From Candidatus Zhuqueibacterota bacterium (GTDB lineage: Bacteria > Zhuqueibacterota > JdFR-76 > DREG01), in the NCBI GenBank assembly GCA_022566355.1, contig JADFJB010000001.1, positions 234 to 64,233 on the forward strand: 64,000 bases of DNA. The letters run 5' to 3'. The position numbers and the translations under genes were made by a program. The notes below the pieces were generated by a model that worked only from the letters and a program-made list of their open reading frames with translations, was not told the origin of the DNA and did no database searches. Each line of letters begins with the position of its first letter. The stretch's first letter is position 1. Shown here piece after piece: positions 10,031 to 20,716 of the stretch.

Positions 10031-11125
10031 TCAGAGTAAAGATTGGACACTCATTTTACCCAAGAATAGTGTGCCAATCCCATGCACTCTTATCCCAACA
10101 CGGCCTGGCGGTAGGGCATTTGCATGGCCATGGGTGACCCGTTCTTTATTGTTGATATAGCCGCGAAAATGTCGTCCGTCACCAACTACCCGAAGAGAAA
10201 TCCAGCCATTTGCTTCTGTTTTCCCTTTATCAAAAACCTTAGTCTTTCCAGCACTGACCCTGCCAAGTTGGACAATTCCATTTTGTAAAGAGAAAAAATC
10301 ATAATTAGAGTCGTCCTGAACATGATGCAGCAGCATTATCGATCCGGAAAAATCGTCTACGTTTAACAACATATCCACCTGAACGCTTTCGAGTGAATCT
10401 CCGGCGACAAATAAAAGAGGTTGTCCGGTTGGCCTGAGTGAAAGAAAATCCCCTCGAATTGAATCGGAAATAACTTCTGCACTTAAATTTTCAAAAGCGC
10501 CGGTTAACCAGTGGAATTGCTCTGCAAGAACTTTTTTAGCGCCCGGGCCGGGATGCCAACTCCATGAGCCGTTTTCGGAGAAGTCCAATTTTTGTGCCTC
10601 AACTTCTTCGCTTGCTATTTCATCTTTAGCCGCCTCATTGGATTGCAAGGCTTGCACCCCTACGCCATACTTAAAAACCAATTCCGCGCCATGCTCGCCA
10701 GTTTCAAATAACAAATATAGGCCTGAAGCGCCACTAAGCAATAAAATCCATGAAACTATTTTTTTTGTATGCAATTTCTTAAGGATTAGAAATGTCCTGG
10801 CGATCGCATAAATCCCGAAATACAACATCGTCCACAATGCCAAATCCGAATGTTCATTTAAGGTCGGGTTTGCTAACGCTGGCAGCGTAACGATGTCACT
10901 TGCCTGTTTGCCGCTAAAGTAAGTGAAAACAGCGCTGATCGCGCCAACCACAAATAGAAAATCGGCAATTTCTCTCAGCCGGACTTGCTTTTTAAATAAA
11001 ACGCCAAGCAGATCAAAAAGAACAGCAGTGAACAACAGGGCTAACGGAAAATGAACCAACATGGGATGAATATTTGGCGCCCAATCCGGTAATGTTGGCA
11101 TAAATACTCCAGAGTTAATTGACAA
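10031..11125 (-). CDS. DUF2231-like membrane protein with C-terminal beta-rich (jelly-roll, DUF1080-like) domain
   Basis: N-terminus IHPMLVHFPLALL matches the DUF2231 signature and has 4-5 TM helices. C-terminal GWISLRVVGDG...GRVGIRVHG is beta-rich. Ends in TGA. Confidence 0.5.
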   Translation of the reverse strand: MSINSGVFMPTLPDWAPNIHPMLVHFPLALLFTAVLFDLLGVLFKKQVRLREIADFLFVVGAISAVFTYFSGKQASDIVTLPALANPTLNEHSDLALWTMLYFGIYAIARTFLILKKLHTKKIVSWILLLSGASGLYLLFETGEHGAELVFKYGVGVQALQSNEAAKDEIASEEVEAQKLDFSENGSWSWHPGPGAKKVLAEQFHWLTGAFENLSAEVISDSIRGDFLSLRPTGQPLLFVAGDSLESVQVDMLLNVDDFSGSIMLLHHVQDDSNYDFFSLQNGIVQLGRVSAGKTKVFDKGKTEANGWISLRVVGDGRHFRGYINNKERVTHGHANALPPGRVGIRVHGIGTLFLGKMSVQSLL

Positions 11126-11231
11126 AATTTATGATTTATTTAACAACAGGGTTAACAGAGAATATAGAGTGTTTTGACTTTCTTTAGTTTCCTGGCGACC
11201 TCTGCACTCTCAGCTTTGCAATCAATATTAG

Positions 11232-11750
11232 TCAGGGTTTCTTCTTTGGAATTCTTGATGTGTGCATATGTTGAATTTTCCAATTTTCATTCATTTTAAT
11301 TAATATTGCTGTCGCCAGGTTTTCACCATCGAAATTTCGAGTTTCCATTTTCACCGCAATTGATGTTTCGAAAATAGCATAAGCTGCGTTTCCGTACACT
11401 TTGACTTTAATATCACTGAAACTGTATTTTATTTCCAGAAATTGTTTGAGTTCCGGGCCGATATGATTATCGCGGTAATCTTGCCAACCCCAATTGATAT
11501 GGCTCCCTTCAAATATTGTAAAGGCATCTGTAGTAACTACATATTTCTCTATTTCGCTCATATTCTTACTTTGGACGGCTGCGGCATAATTGACCAGAGT
11601 CTGTTTAACTGCCTCTGCTTCATCGGAGAAAGATTGGTTAGAAATAACCGGAGCCGATGAAAACGCCAAAATGATGAGTACAAATAACCAATTTTTTAGT
11701 CTCATTTTTTTCCTTTCAAATAAAATATGATTTGTTAAATTTGAGCGCAT
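11232..11750 (-). CDS. SnoaL-like/NTF2-fold (DUF4440-like) secreted protein
   Basis: The likelier start is the second Met (MRLKNWLFVLIILAFSSAPV signal peptide, about 11705). KQTLVNYAAAVQSKNMSEIEKYV is typical of NTF2-like domains. Ends in TGA. Confidence 0.5.
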   Translation of the reverse strand: MRSNLTNHILFERKKMRLKNWLFVLIILAFSSAPVISNQSFSDEAEAVKQTLVNYAAAVQSKNMSEIEKYVVTTDAFTIFEGSHINWGWQDYRDNHIGPELKQFLEIKYSFSDIKVKVYGNAAYAIFETSIAVKMETRNFDGENLATAILIKMNENWKIQHMHTSRIPKKKP

Positions 11751-11774
11751 GTATAAAAAAAAATATAAAGAAGT

Positions 11775-12209
11775 TTAAAAAATTTCAAACAGCCCAAGAA
11801 TAAAAACATACCTCATAAAACGTAAAGTAAAACTAACCCCAATAAATAAGCCTAAATTGATTTTTATGACGCCAGCCAAAATTGTAATTGGGTCGCCAAT
11901 CACCGGCAGCCAAGATAATAACAATGCCCATTTTCCCCAGCGTTTGGTAATGGAATAGGCTTTGGCAACGGCCTTTTTTTGTAAGTGACGCTGTAGAAAT
12001 TTCTCTTCGCCTTTGTAACCCAGCCAATAATTAAAAAGAACTGCCGAACAATTGCCGATAGTTGCAAACAGCAACACTGGCACTGGCTGCATATCCAAAG
12101 CAAGTGCGCTTGCAACTGCAGTCTCGGAACTTACGGGAATTATTGTAGCGGCCATAAAGCTGAATAATAATAATCCAATGTAACCAAAGTTGAAGATGTA
12201 TTCGGTCAT
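11775..12209 (-). CDS. YqaA-family (DedA-related) membrane protein
   Basis: MTEYIFNFGYIGLLLFSFMAATIIPVSSE and LPVIGDPITILAG motifs match YqaA/SNARE-associated family proteins. Confidence 0.65.
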   Translation of the reverse strand: MTEYIFNFGYIGLLLFSFMAATIIPVSSETAVASALALDMQPVPVLLFATIGNCSAVLFNYWLGYKGEEKFLQRHLQKKAVAKAYSITKRWGKWALLLSWLPVIGDPITILAGVIKINLGLFIGVSFTLRFMRYVFILGLFEIF

Positions 12210-12655
12210 GGCTGTATGTTAATGCTTTGTTTGAATTAATAAGCGCAGAGACCGCCGAGATCACAGCGCAGCCTTGGGCCGCAACCAAATTATTTAGCCA
12301 CGGATTTACACTGATTGACACGGATAAAATCCGTTTAGAATAAAAAAATAAAAATCATTACATTCAATTTGAAATTGGTGGAAATGTTTTAGGTTCAAAT
12401 AGTGAAATTTAAAGCTCCATTTATTAAATCCGTGTTTTATCCGCGCGAATCCGTGGCTAAATTATTGTTTTTATTTAAAAGCCGTATTTGTTTGTTGATC
12501 TGTGTGTATTATCTTGGCCAACCAAAACTTTGCTAAAAAAACACGATGTTGCCGGCTTAAAGTACAGAGAAAACAAACAAGGTAACGTGTTCTCCTTAGT
12601 TGACTAAATCGAAAATTCCGCGTGCTTTGTGCACTCTGCGTTATGAGCTTTTTAA

Positions 12656-15109
12656 TTATAATACCAATTTTCTAAGTCTCAGTGCATTGACGATTACGGA
12701 AATAGAGCTAAAACTCATGGCTGCTGCAGCAATCATCGGGCTAAGTAATATTCCGAAGAACGGATAGAGAATACCGGCTGCAAGGGGCACACCCAAAGAG
12801 TTATAAATAAATGCCCAAAAGAGATTTTGACGAATGTTGCGCATCGTTCCGCGACTGAGTCGCCGAGCCCTTGCGATTCCTCTCAGATCGCCCTTCACGA
12901 GAGTTAATCCAGCGCTTTCGATAGCTACATCTGTGCCAGACCCCATGGCAATGCCCACATGTGCCTGGGCTAGTGCTGGCGCATCATTAATACCATCACC
13001 AGCCATTGCAACAATTCGTCCTTCGGATTGCAGTTGTTTAACCGTTTCATTTTTCATTTGCGGAAGCACTTCAGCTTCGACTTCATCAATTCCCAGAGTT
13101 TTTGCCACAAATTCTGCAGTCGTACGATTGTCGCCTGTCAACATGACGATTTTAATTCCCTCTTTGCGTAATAACTGAATTGCCTCCGGTGTGGATGGTT
13201 TTATCGGATCCGAAACACCCAACAAGCCGGCCGGTTTGTTATCGATTGCCACGAACATGACGGTTTCACCTTTTCGACGCATTTCCTCAGCCCTGTCGGT
13301 CAAATCGCCAAGTTGGATTTCCATTTCTTCAAAAAGTCTGCGATTACCCACAGCGACACTTCGGCCATCGATAGTACCGATAACGCCTTTGCCGGTGATG
13401 GAATCGAAATTTTCAACCGGTTTCAATTCTTGACCTCGTTTCCGTGCGCCGGTTACAATTGCTTCGGCTAATGGATGTTCGCTCGCTAGTTCCAGGCAAG
13501 CTGCCAATCGTAAGACCTCATCATCTCCATAGTCTTGCAAGCTTTCAATGCTGGTAAGCTTTGGCTTTCCTTCAGTAAGCGTGCCGGTTTTATCCACTAC
13601 CAGAGTGTCCACCTTTTCCATAGTCTCCAAAACTTCCGCATTTTTGATGAGGACGCCTGCCATTGCACCTCGCCCAGTGCCAACCATGATGGACATTGGC
13701 GTTGCCAGGCCCAATGCGCAAGGGCAGGCAATTATTAATACAGCAACTGCGTTTACCAGGGCGTAAGCCATACGCGGTTCCGGGCCCAATAATGACCATA
13801 TAATTGCAGTTAGGACACTAATAATTACTACTGCCGGCACGAAGTATGAAGCAACCTTATCTGCTAAGCCCTGAATGGGGGCGCGGCTTCGTTGCGCTTC
13901 ACTGACCATATGCACGATTTGTGCCAATAGGGTATCATTACCGATTCGTTGTGCTTCCATCACGAAGCTCCCTGTCCCGTTGACCGTCCCACCAATCACA
14001 TTCTGTCCGGATTCCTTTTGCACTGGAATGGATTCACCGGTTACCATGGATTCATCAACGGAACTGGTTCCATCGACTACAATCCCATCAACCGGAATTT
14101 TCTCACCGGGCCGAACGCGCAGTTTGTCGCCGCGTTGAACATGCTCCAGGGGAATGTCCTCTTCAACACCGTTATCCCGAACAATTCTCGCAGTATTGGG
14201 CGCCAGCCCCAGCAAGGCTTTTATTGCACTGTTGGTACGGCTTCTGGCCTTCAATTCCAAAACCTGGCCGAGAAGAACCAGTGTTGTGATTACAGCAGCC
14301 GCTTCAAAATAGACCGCTACTTCCCCTTCAGCGCCGCGGAAAGCGGCAGGGAAGATAGCCGGGAATAGCGTTGCTACCACGCTATAGATGTAGGCTACTC
14401 CAGTACCAATTGCGATTAGGGTAAACATATTAAGACTAAAATTAACAACAGAAGCCCAACCGCGTTGAAAAAAAGGCCAGCCTCCCCAGAGGACCACCGG
14501 CGATGCTAATATGAATTGAATCCAAATTAGAAGGTTTGCAGAGAATGCGTTTTGCACCGGCTTGCCAGGTATCACTTCGGACATAGCCAGAAAAAGCACG
14601 GGGATCGAAAGCCCAAAGCTTGCCCAGAATCGTCGGCTCATATCCTTTAGCTCCGGATTTTCCTCTTCATCCAAAACCACGGTTTTGAGTTCTAAAGCCA
14701 TCCCGCAAATCGGACAGATGCCGGGCTTGGATTGTACCACCTCCGGGTGCATGGGGCACGTATATCCTATTCTAGTTTGCTGTGTTACGGGTATTGCGGG
14801 TTCGAGGGACATGCCACATTTTGGACAAGATCCGGGTTCATTCTGTTCCACCTCAGGATCCATAGGGCAGGTATAAGTGACGCCTTTCATTGCTTTTTGA
14901 GTGTCTTGATGATGTTCATGCTCCACCTGTTCATGTTGCTCAACTTTGGTTGTGGTGAATGCTTCCGGATCCGATTTGAATTTTTCCAGGCAGTTTTGAG
15001 AGCAAAAATAGATGGATTCACCTTGGTAAGGAATGAAACCTGCGGCGGATGCGGGAGAAACTTCCATGCCGCAAACCGGATCTAATGTTTTAACTTTTAA
15101 GAATTGCAT
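12656..15109 (-). CDS. copA: copper-translocating P1B-type ATPase with N-terminal TRASH/YHS-like and two CPxxPEV...CPxCGM metal-binding modules
   Basis: CPC transmembrane motif ([13 protein letters not shown]), DKTGTLT phosphorylation site, GDGINDAP. N-terminal CGMEVSPAS...[23 protein letters not shown] and CPMHPEV..CPICGM modules. Confidence 0.9.
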   Translation of the reverse strand: MQFLKVKTLDPVCGMEVSPASAAGFIPYQGESIYFCSQNCLEKFKSDPEAFTTTKVEQHEQVEHEHHQDTQKAMKGVTYTCPMDPEVEQNEPGSCPKCGMSLEPAIPVTQQTRIGYTCPMHPEVVQSKPGICPICGMALELKTVVLDEEENPELKDMSRRFWASFGLSIPVLFLAMSEVIPGKPVQNAFSANLLIWIQFILASPVVLWGGWPFFQRGWASVVNFSLNMFTLIAIGTGVAYIYSVVATLFPAIFPAAFRGAEGEVAVYFEAAAVITTLVLLGQVLELKARSRTNSAIKALLGLAPNTARIVRDNGVEEDIPLEHVQRGDKLRVRPGEKIPVDGIVVDGTSSVDESMVTGESIPVQKESGQNVIGGTVNGTGSFVMEAQRIGNDTLLAQIVHMVSEAQRSRAPIQGLADKVASYFVPAVVIISVLTAIIWSLLGPEPRMAYALVNAVAVLIIACPCALGLATPMSIMVGTGRGAMAGVLIKNAEVLETMEKVDTLVVDKTGTLTEGKPKLTSIESLQDYGDDEVLRLAACLELASEHPLAEAIVTGARKRGQELKPVENFDSITGKGVIGTIDGRSVAVGNRRLFEEMEIQLGDLTDRAEEMRRKGETVMFVAIDNKPAGLLGVSDPIKPSTPEAIQLLRKEGIKIVMLTGDNRTTAEFVAKTLGIDEVEAEVLPQMKNETVKQLQSEGRIVAMAGDGINDAPALAQAHVGIAMGSGTDVAIESAGLTLVKGDLRGIARARRLSRGTMRNIRQNLFWAFIYNSLGVPLAAGILYPFFGILLSPMIAAAAMSFSSISVIVNALRLRKLVL

Positions 15110-15157
15110 TTGTTAACTTAAAATTATGGCTTTTTGTCCTAATCCTGTGTGATGCTC

Positions 15158-15544
15158 TTATAGATTCGCAATTATAGATTTCAATAAATCTCGAACCTCT
15201 TCTACGATCTCACCTAATTTAGAATTTTCCACCGCCTGCATAGAAGCCATTGGATCGATAGCAGTAACATCGACTTTGCCATCTTCAAACTCCTGTACGA
15301 TTACGTTACAGGGAAGCATGGTGCCGATTTTATTTTCTATCTGAAGCGCTTCGTAGGCAAACTGTGGGTTGCAGGCGCCTAATATGCGGTATTTGTAGAA
15401 GTCCACATCCAGCTTCTTTTTTAAGGTCTCCGTAACGTCAATCTCTGTGAGAATCCCGAAACCCTTTTCTTGTAAGGCAGCTGTAACATTTTCTATTGCT
15501 TCATCGAAGCTCTGATTCACTGTTTTTGAAAAATAGTAACTCAT
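15158..15544 (-). CDS. DUF302 domain protein
   Basis: 128 aa. The FGILTEIDVTETLKKK...YRILGACNP pattern matches DUF302, often linked to metal-resistance loci. Confidence 0.7.
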   Translation of the reverse strand: MSYYFSKTVNQSFDEAIENVTAALQEKGFGILTEIDVTETLKKKLDVDFYKYRILGACNPQFAYEALQIENKIGTMLPCNVIVQEFEDGKVDVTAIDPMASMQAVENSKLGEIVEEVRDLLKSIIANL

Positions 15545-15723
15545 TTTTTGTTCTCCTTATTTTCGTTTTGGCTTAATTTGTATCTTTTGTAAAATATAAC
15601 CAAAGGCAACATTGAATCATCAATGAAACTAAAAAACTTGATACTTATCTGTAGAGGAATGACGGATAACAAACGTGATCAAAAGTATTTTGTATCAAAA
15701 AACAACTCTCTCTATTGTACTCT

Positions 15724-18700
15724 TTAACTTGACTTCAAAACAGCAGAATCTGCCTGATCGATTTGATCTTCAATATTTTTGTTTAATCCGCGACTTCGCC
15801 ACAAAAAATAAATAGTAGGAATTACTAATAAACATAATATTGTCGTAGAAAATAGCCCTCCAACCATAGGGGCGGCGATTCGTTTCATCACCTGGGAACC
15901 GGCGCCATGGCCCCACATGATTGGTAGCAACCCAAGAATGGTTGTTGAAACAGTCATAACAATTGGCCGAATTCGCATAGCAGTTGCCTTCAGTATGACT
16001 TCTTTAAGATCTTGAAGGGAATGCAATTTGCCTTTCCGGTCATTGTAAGCATGATCCAGGTAGGTTAGCATGATAATGCCAATTTCCGCCGAGAGGCCGG
16101 CAAGCGCTATAAATCCAACTCCAACAGCAACGCTCAGGTTATAGTCGAGCAGATATATAAACCAAATACCACCGACGAGAGAAAACGGCAGCGACAACAT
16201 GACAATAAAGCTTTCTTGTATATTTTTAAAGTTGAGATAAAGCAGCAAAAAAATAATCAACAGGGTTACAGGGAGTACGATACGTAAGCGCTGTTGAGCT
16301 CGCACCATGTATTCATATTGTCCGCTCCAAACCAGGCTGTAGCCTTCAGGGAAATCTACCTCTTCTTCCACGACAATTTTAGCATTTTTCACATAAGTTC
16401 CCACATCAATATCGCGAATATCAATATACAGCCAGGCGGTACGTCGGGCGTTCTCACTTTTGATTACCGACGGACCTTTCTTGAATTCAATGTCTGCAAC
16501 GTAATTGATTGGGATCTGGGCGCCTGTGGGTGTGGCAATAAGCACCCGGCGCAGATCATCCAGATTATCTCTCAACTCCCGGCTGTAGCGCACATTTACC
16601 GGGTAACGCTCCAGACCTTCAACCGTCCACGTCACATTCATGCCGCCAATGGCCGACATTATCACATCCTGAATTGCACCTACTGTTAGGCCATATCTTG
16701 CAGCTTCCTCCCGATTAATGGTAAAATCCAGGTAATTTCCGCCCACAGTCTTGTCGGCAAAAACGCTGAGCGTTCCGGGGACATTTTTTACTACGGTAGC
16801 CACCCTTTGCGCCAGATCTGACAATACTTTAAGATCCGAACCCATAAGCTTAATACCCACCGGCGTCTTGATCCCCGTTGCCAGCATATCGATTCGTGTC
16901 TTGATCGGCATGGTCCATGCGTTTGTTAATCCAGGAAACTGGATGGATTGGTCCAGTTCTTCGATCAGTTTTTCAATCGTCATTCCCTCTCGCCACTCAT
17001 TCTCCGGCTTCAGCGTAATAGTTGTTTCGATCATCGAGAGCGGCGCTGGATCTGTGGCGGTCTCGGCGCGTCCGATTTTACCAAAGACATGGTGCACTTC
17101 CGGAAAGCTTTTGATGATTTTATCTGTCTGCTGCAAAAGCTCTTTTGCCTTGGTAATGCTGATACCTGGATCTGTAGTGGGCATGTAGAGCAAGTCTCCT
17201 TCATTTAGCGGCGGCATGAATTCCGATCCGATTCGCTGGAATGGTAAAATCGAAACAACCATGACTACAATTGCGACAATAATCGTCGACCACTTGAAGC
17301 GTAACACGAAATTGATCAAAGGTCGGTAGATTCGTATGAGAAACCGATTGATGGGGTTGACGTCCTCTGGTTTGATCCGGCCTTTGATCCAAAAACCCAT
17401 TAATACCGGTACAACGGTGATAGCTAACAAGGCAGACGCCGCCATAGCGTAGGTTTTTGTGAATGCAAGGGGGCTAAATAACCTTCCCTCCTGGGCCTGT
17501 AAAGTAAAGACTGGCAGAAAGGAAAGTGTTATGATCAACAAAGAATAAAACAGCGCCGGCCCAACTTCCTTAGCGGCATCGATGATAATAAGCCAATGAT
17601 CTTTCTTGCCGCCGTCTCTTTCGATATGTTTATGCGCATTCTCGATCATCACGATTGCCGCATCAACCATAACACCGATGGCTATGGCAATTCCGCCAAG
17701 AGACATGATGTTTGCAGTAATACCCTGGTAGGACATTATAATAAAAGCGATCAAAATTCCCATTGGCAGTGTAAATATGGCTACAAAAGCGCTGCGGAAA
17801 TGTAACAGAAAGATGATACATACCAGGGCGACGATAATAATTTCCTCGATCAGTTTGCGAGTAAGGTTATCGATTGCTTTATTGATCAACACAGATCGAT
17901 CATATGCTGCTTTGATGGTAACTCCGGGCGGCAGACCTTTCTTTAATTCTTCCATTTTTTCTTTTACAAGATCAATGGTTGCCAATGCATTTCCGCCAAA
18001 CCGCATTACGATGATGCCGCCGACAACTTCCCCCTCGCCATTCCAATCTGCTAAGCCGCGCCTTAATTCCGGACCAATGGAAACATTGGCAATGTTTTTG
18101 ATGAGTATCGGGGTGCCATGATTATCCACGCCCAATGGAATATTTTCCAAATCCTGTATAGACTTAATATATCCCAGTCCGCGCACCATAAATTCTGTTT
18201 CCCCGAATTCGACAAGGCGGCCGCCAACATCGTTATTACTGCTCTTGATCGCCATTCGAACTTTGCTGATAGAAATATTATATGCTGCGAGTTTGTTGGG
18301 ATCGACTTCGACCTGGTATTGTTTTACATAGCCGCCGATACTTGCTACTTCAGCAACTCCCGGTACGCTCATCAATTCATAACGCAGATACCAGTCCTGG
18401 ATCGAACGCAGCTGCTGCAGATCATACTGGTTGCCGCCATCCAACACGTATTCATAGATCCAACCTACGCCGGTTGCATCGGGTCCAAGTGTTGGATTTA
18501 CTCCCTGTGGTAGACGGCTGGAAACGAAATTCAAATATTCTAAAACCCGGCTGCGCGCCCAGTATAGATCAGTGCCATCCTCAAATATGATATAGACAAA
18601 TGAAAGGCCAAAGAAAGAATACCCCCGTACAGCCTTGGCAAAAGGCACCGCCAACATAGCGCTGGTAAGTGGATAGGTCACCTGGTCTTCCACCAACTGC

Positions 18701-18873
18701 GGCGCCTGTCCTGGATATTCCGTAAGAATGATTACCTGGACGTCGCTTAAATCCGGTATTGCGTCCACTGGCGTGTTGAGCAATTTATAAATACCGCCGA
18801 GAGCGATCATTATTGTGAAAATAATAACTAAAAAACGATTTTTTACTGAAGCTTCTATGATTCGTTCTATCAT
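15724..18873 (-). CDS. cusA: Cu(I)/Ag(I) HME-RND efflux permease CusA
   Basis: 1049 aa. AIPDLSDVQVIILTEYPGQAPQLVEDQVTYPLTSAMLAVP...FEDGTDLYWARSRVLEYLN...LGPDATGVGWIYEY is near-colinear with E. coli CusA by recall. Confidence 0.9.
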   Translation of the reverse strand: MIERIIEASVKNRFLVIIFTIMIALGGIYKLLNTPVDAIPDLSDVQVIILTEYPGQAPQLVEDQVTYPLTSAMLAVPFAKAVRGYSFFGLSFVYIIFEDGTDLYWARSRVLEYLNFVSSRLPQGVNPTLGPDATGVGWIYEYVLDGGNQYDLQQLRSIQDWYLRYELMSVPGVAEVASIGGYVKQYQVEVDPNKLAAYNISISKVRMAIKSSNNDVGGRLVEFGETEFMVRGLGYIKSIQDLENIPLGVDNHGTPILIKNIANVSIGPELRRGLADWNGEGEVVGGIIVMRFGGNALATIDLVKEKMEELKKGLPPGVTIKAAYDRSVLINKAIDNLTRKLIEEIIIVALVCIIFLLHFRSAFVAIFTLPMGILIAFIIMSYQGITANIMSLGGIAIAIGVMVDAAIVMIENAHKHIERDGGKKDHWLIIIDAAKEVGPALFYSLLIITLSFLPVFTLQAQEGRLFSPLAFTKTYAMAASALLAITVVPVLMGFWIKGRIKPEDVNPINRFLIRIYRPLINFVLRFKWSTIIVAIVVMVVSILPFQRIGSEFMPPLNEGDLLYMPTTDPGISITKAKELLQQTDKIIKSFPEVHHVFGKIGRAETATDPAPLSMIETTITLKPENEWREGMTIEKLIEELDQSIQFPGLTNAWTMPIKTRIDMLATGIKTPVGIKLMGSDLKVLSDLAQRVATVVKNVPGTLSVFADKTVGGNYLDFTINREEAARYGLTVGAIQDVIMSAIGGMNVTWTVEGLERYPVNVRYSRELRDNLDDLRRVLIATPTGAQIPINYVADIEFKKGPSVIKSENARRTAWLYIDIRDIDVGTYVKNAKIVVEEEVDFPEGYSLVWSGQYEYMVRAQQRLRIVLPVTLLIIFLLLYLNFKNIQESFIVMLSLPFSLVGGIWFIYLLDYNLSVAVGVGFIALAGLSAEIGIIMLTYLDHAYNDRKGKLHSLQDLKEVILKATAMRIRPIVMTVSTTILGLLPIMWGHGAGSQVMKRIAAPMVGGLFSTTILCLLVIPTIYFLWRSRGLNKNIEDQIDQADSAVLKSS

Positions 18874-18971
18874 GTTAGATTTCTCCGTGTGTCCATTGTA
18901 CTGAAAGATTCCATTTCTTCGAGAGACTGTGTGAAAATGGGAATAATTTTTATTACGATTCTAAAAGAACG

Positions 18972-19080
18972 CATGTCATTCCATAGGCTGCGTCCTGAGT
19001 GAAGTCGAAGGAAATCTTGTTATGGTTTGTGTAAGGTGTTGTTTTTTAACAAAGATCCAGTCACACGACGGGATGACATG
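18972..19080. repeat. structured intergenic repeat, copy B
   Basis: Terminal inverted repeat catgtcattcc ... cgacgggatgacatg. Shares ggaaatcttgtta with copies A/D, cgacgggatgacat with copy D, and core cctgagtgaagtcgaagg with copy C. Confidence 0.55.
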
Positions 19081-19168
19081 TGTCGGACTTTTTAAATTAT
19101 GTGATGATTCCATTAAACTTCGTGGTTAAAATAGTTTTCACACAGTAATCAGCGATAGAATAGCTGTT

Positions 19169-20716
19169 TCAGTGATTATGTTCTTTCGATTCCATGTTCT
19201 GCATGTTTTCCATCTCTTTCTTTTCTTTTGTTGCGCTATCTTGCGTATCCATTGGCTGTGTTTTTTTCTGTTTCTCAGCTAACAATTTTTGAATAACTTC
19301 TTGTAAGCGGCTTTCACTGTCAAGTAGAAACTGCGCTGAAATAACAACTTCTTCATTTCCAATGAGGCCGGAGATCACGCGGATTTTTCCGTTATCTCCT
19401 TCTTCTCCTAGTTTTACCTGCCGTGGTTCAAATTTTCCTTCACCCCGAACAACAAAAATCACATTTCGAGTGCCAGACCGTATGACCGCTTCGGATGGTA
19501 TGATTACAGCATCTTTTATGGTAGGAGTCTGGATTTCTATATTCGCATACATACCAATCTTTAGCTCCAGAACCGGATTGGAAAAATCAAGGCGGACATG
19601 AGCAGTCCGTGATTTCTCGCGAAGATATGGGTAGATATAAGCGACTCTACCATGGAAAATCTTTCCAGGCAGGTAAGAAAGCTCCATTTTTGCTTCCGCC
19701 CCTTCCCGAATCCATGGCAATTCATAGTCATAAATACTTGCGTGAACCCAGATACTGGACAAATCTGCAATTTCATATAAATTTGTACCCGCCTTAACAT
19801 GAAGGCCTTCAACAGCATTCTTTTGCACCACCATTCCACTTGCCGGCGATTCCAGCCTGATTGTTTTCTTTACTTCGCCGGTCTTTTCTAATCGATCAAT
19901 TTCTGATTTAGGAACATCCCAGTAGAGAAGACGTTGTCGGCTTGATTCAAAAAGTGACTCCGAGTTTCTTGTAATCGAATCAAAAGTGCTCTTGGCTAGT
20001 TTCTTCCGGTTCTCAAGAGCCAACAAGAATTCTTGCTGGGTGATCACTAGCTCCGGTGAATAAATTTCGAGGAGAGGCTCTCCTTTACGAACCATCTCTC
20101 CTACGTAATTCACAAATAGCTTTTCGATCCAACCGGAAATTTTGGTGGTTACAATATATAGTTTTTCTTCATTGTACTGGATCTTTCCCACCGTTCGGAT
20201 GGAACGGGTAAAATCTCCGCGTTCAACCATGGTGGTTCGAACACCCATGTTTTGTACAGTTACCGGGTCAATTTTTATATAACCACCAGCGCCAAGAGTT
20301 GTCTGGTCTTCATAGACTGGGATCAAGTCCATTCCCATCTTCGATTTCCCTGACTCGTCGTATATTTCAGTTGGATCCATGGGAGCTTGCCAATACAATA
20401 CTTTGCGCTCACCTTTCGATTGTGTATCTTGAATTTCAGATTCCCCAGAAGTAATCCTTACCGGAACAAGATCCATCTTGCATATAGGACATTGACCGGG
20501 TTCATGCAACAGAACTTCCGGATGCATTCCGCATGTCCATAACTGGCTCTCTTCCTGATGTTCCATCGCTGCCATTTCTGTGGTTTTTTCCTCTGAACCA
20601 CAACTGGATAAGCTTACAATTAACCCGAAAAGAAGTGGAATGGAAAGAAAGGTTAATGCCCTTACTGATAAGTTTGATTTATTTTTCATTCTGTACTCCA
20701 TTAATTTGATTGTCAT
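19169..20716 (-). CDS. cusB: efflux RND periplasmic adaptor CusB-like with N-terminal CxxPEV...CPxC metal-binding module
   Basis: 515 aa with signal/lipo region, then CGMHPEVLLHEPGQCPICKMDLV, then MFP beta-barrel/lipoyl domains. 4-bp overlap with upstream TolC gene. Ends in TGA. Confidence 0.8.
   Translation of the reverse strand: MTIKLMEYRMKNKSNLSVRALTFLSIPLLFGLIVSLSSCGSEEKTTEMAAMEHQEESQLWTCGMHPEVLLHEPGQCPICKMDLVPVRITSGESEIQDTQSKGERKVLYWQAPMDPTEIYDESGKSKMGMDLIPVYEDQTTLGAGGYIKIDPVTVQNMGVRTTMVERGDFTRSIRTVGKIQYNEEKLYIVTTKISGWIEKLFVNYVGEMVRKGEPLLEIYSPELVITQQEFLLALENRKKLAKSTFDSITRNSESLFESSRQRLLYWDVPKSEIDRLEKTGEVKKTIRLESPASGMVVQKNAVEGLHVKAGTNLYEIADLSSIWVHASIYDYELPWIREGAEAKMELSYLPGKIFHGRVAYIYPYLREKSRTAHVRLDFSNPVLELKIGMYANIEIQTPTIKDAVIIPSEAVIRSGTRNVIFVVRGEGKFEPRQVKLGEEGDNGKIRVISGLIGNEEVVISAQFLLDSESRLQEVIQKLLAEKQKKTQPMDTQDSATKEKKEMENMQNMESKEHNH

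Noticed and set aside
12031-12321. 96-aa ORF spanning the yqaA-like start and the intergenic inverted repeat.
   Set aside because: It overlaps the 5' end of a convincing gene in another frame and runs through a structured non-coding region.
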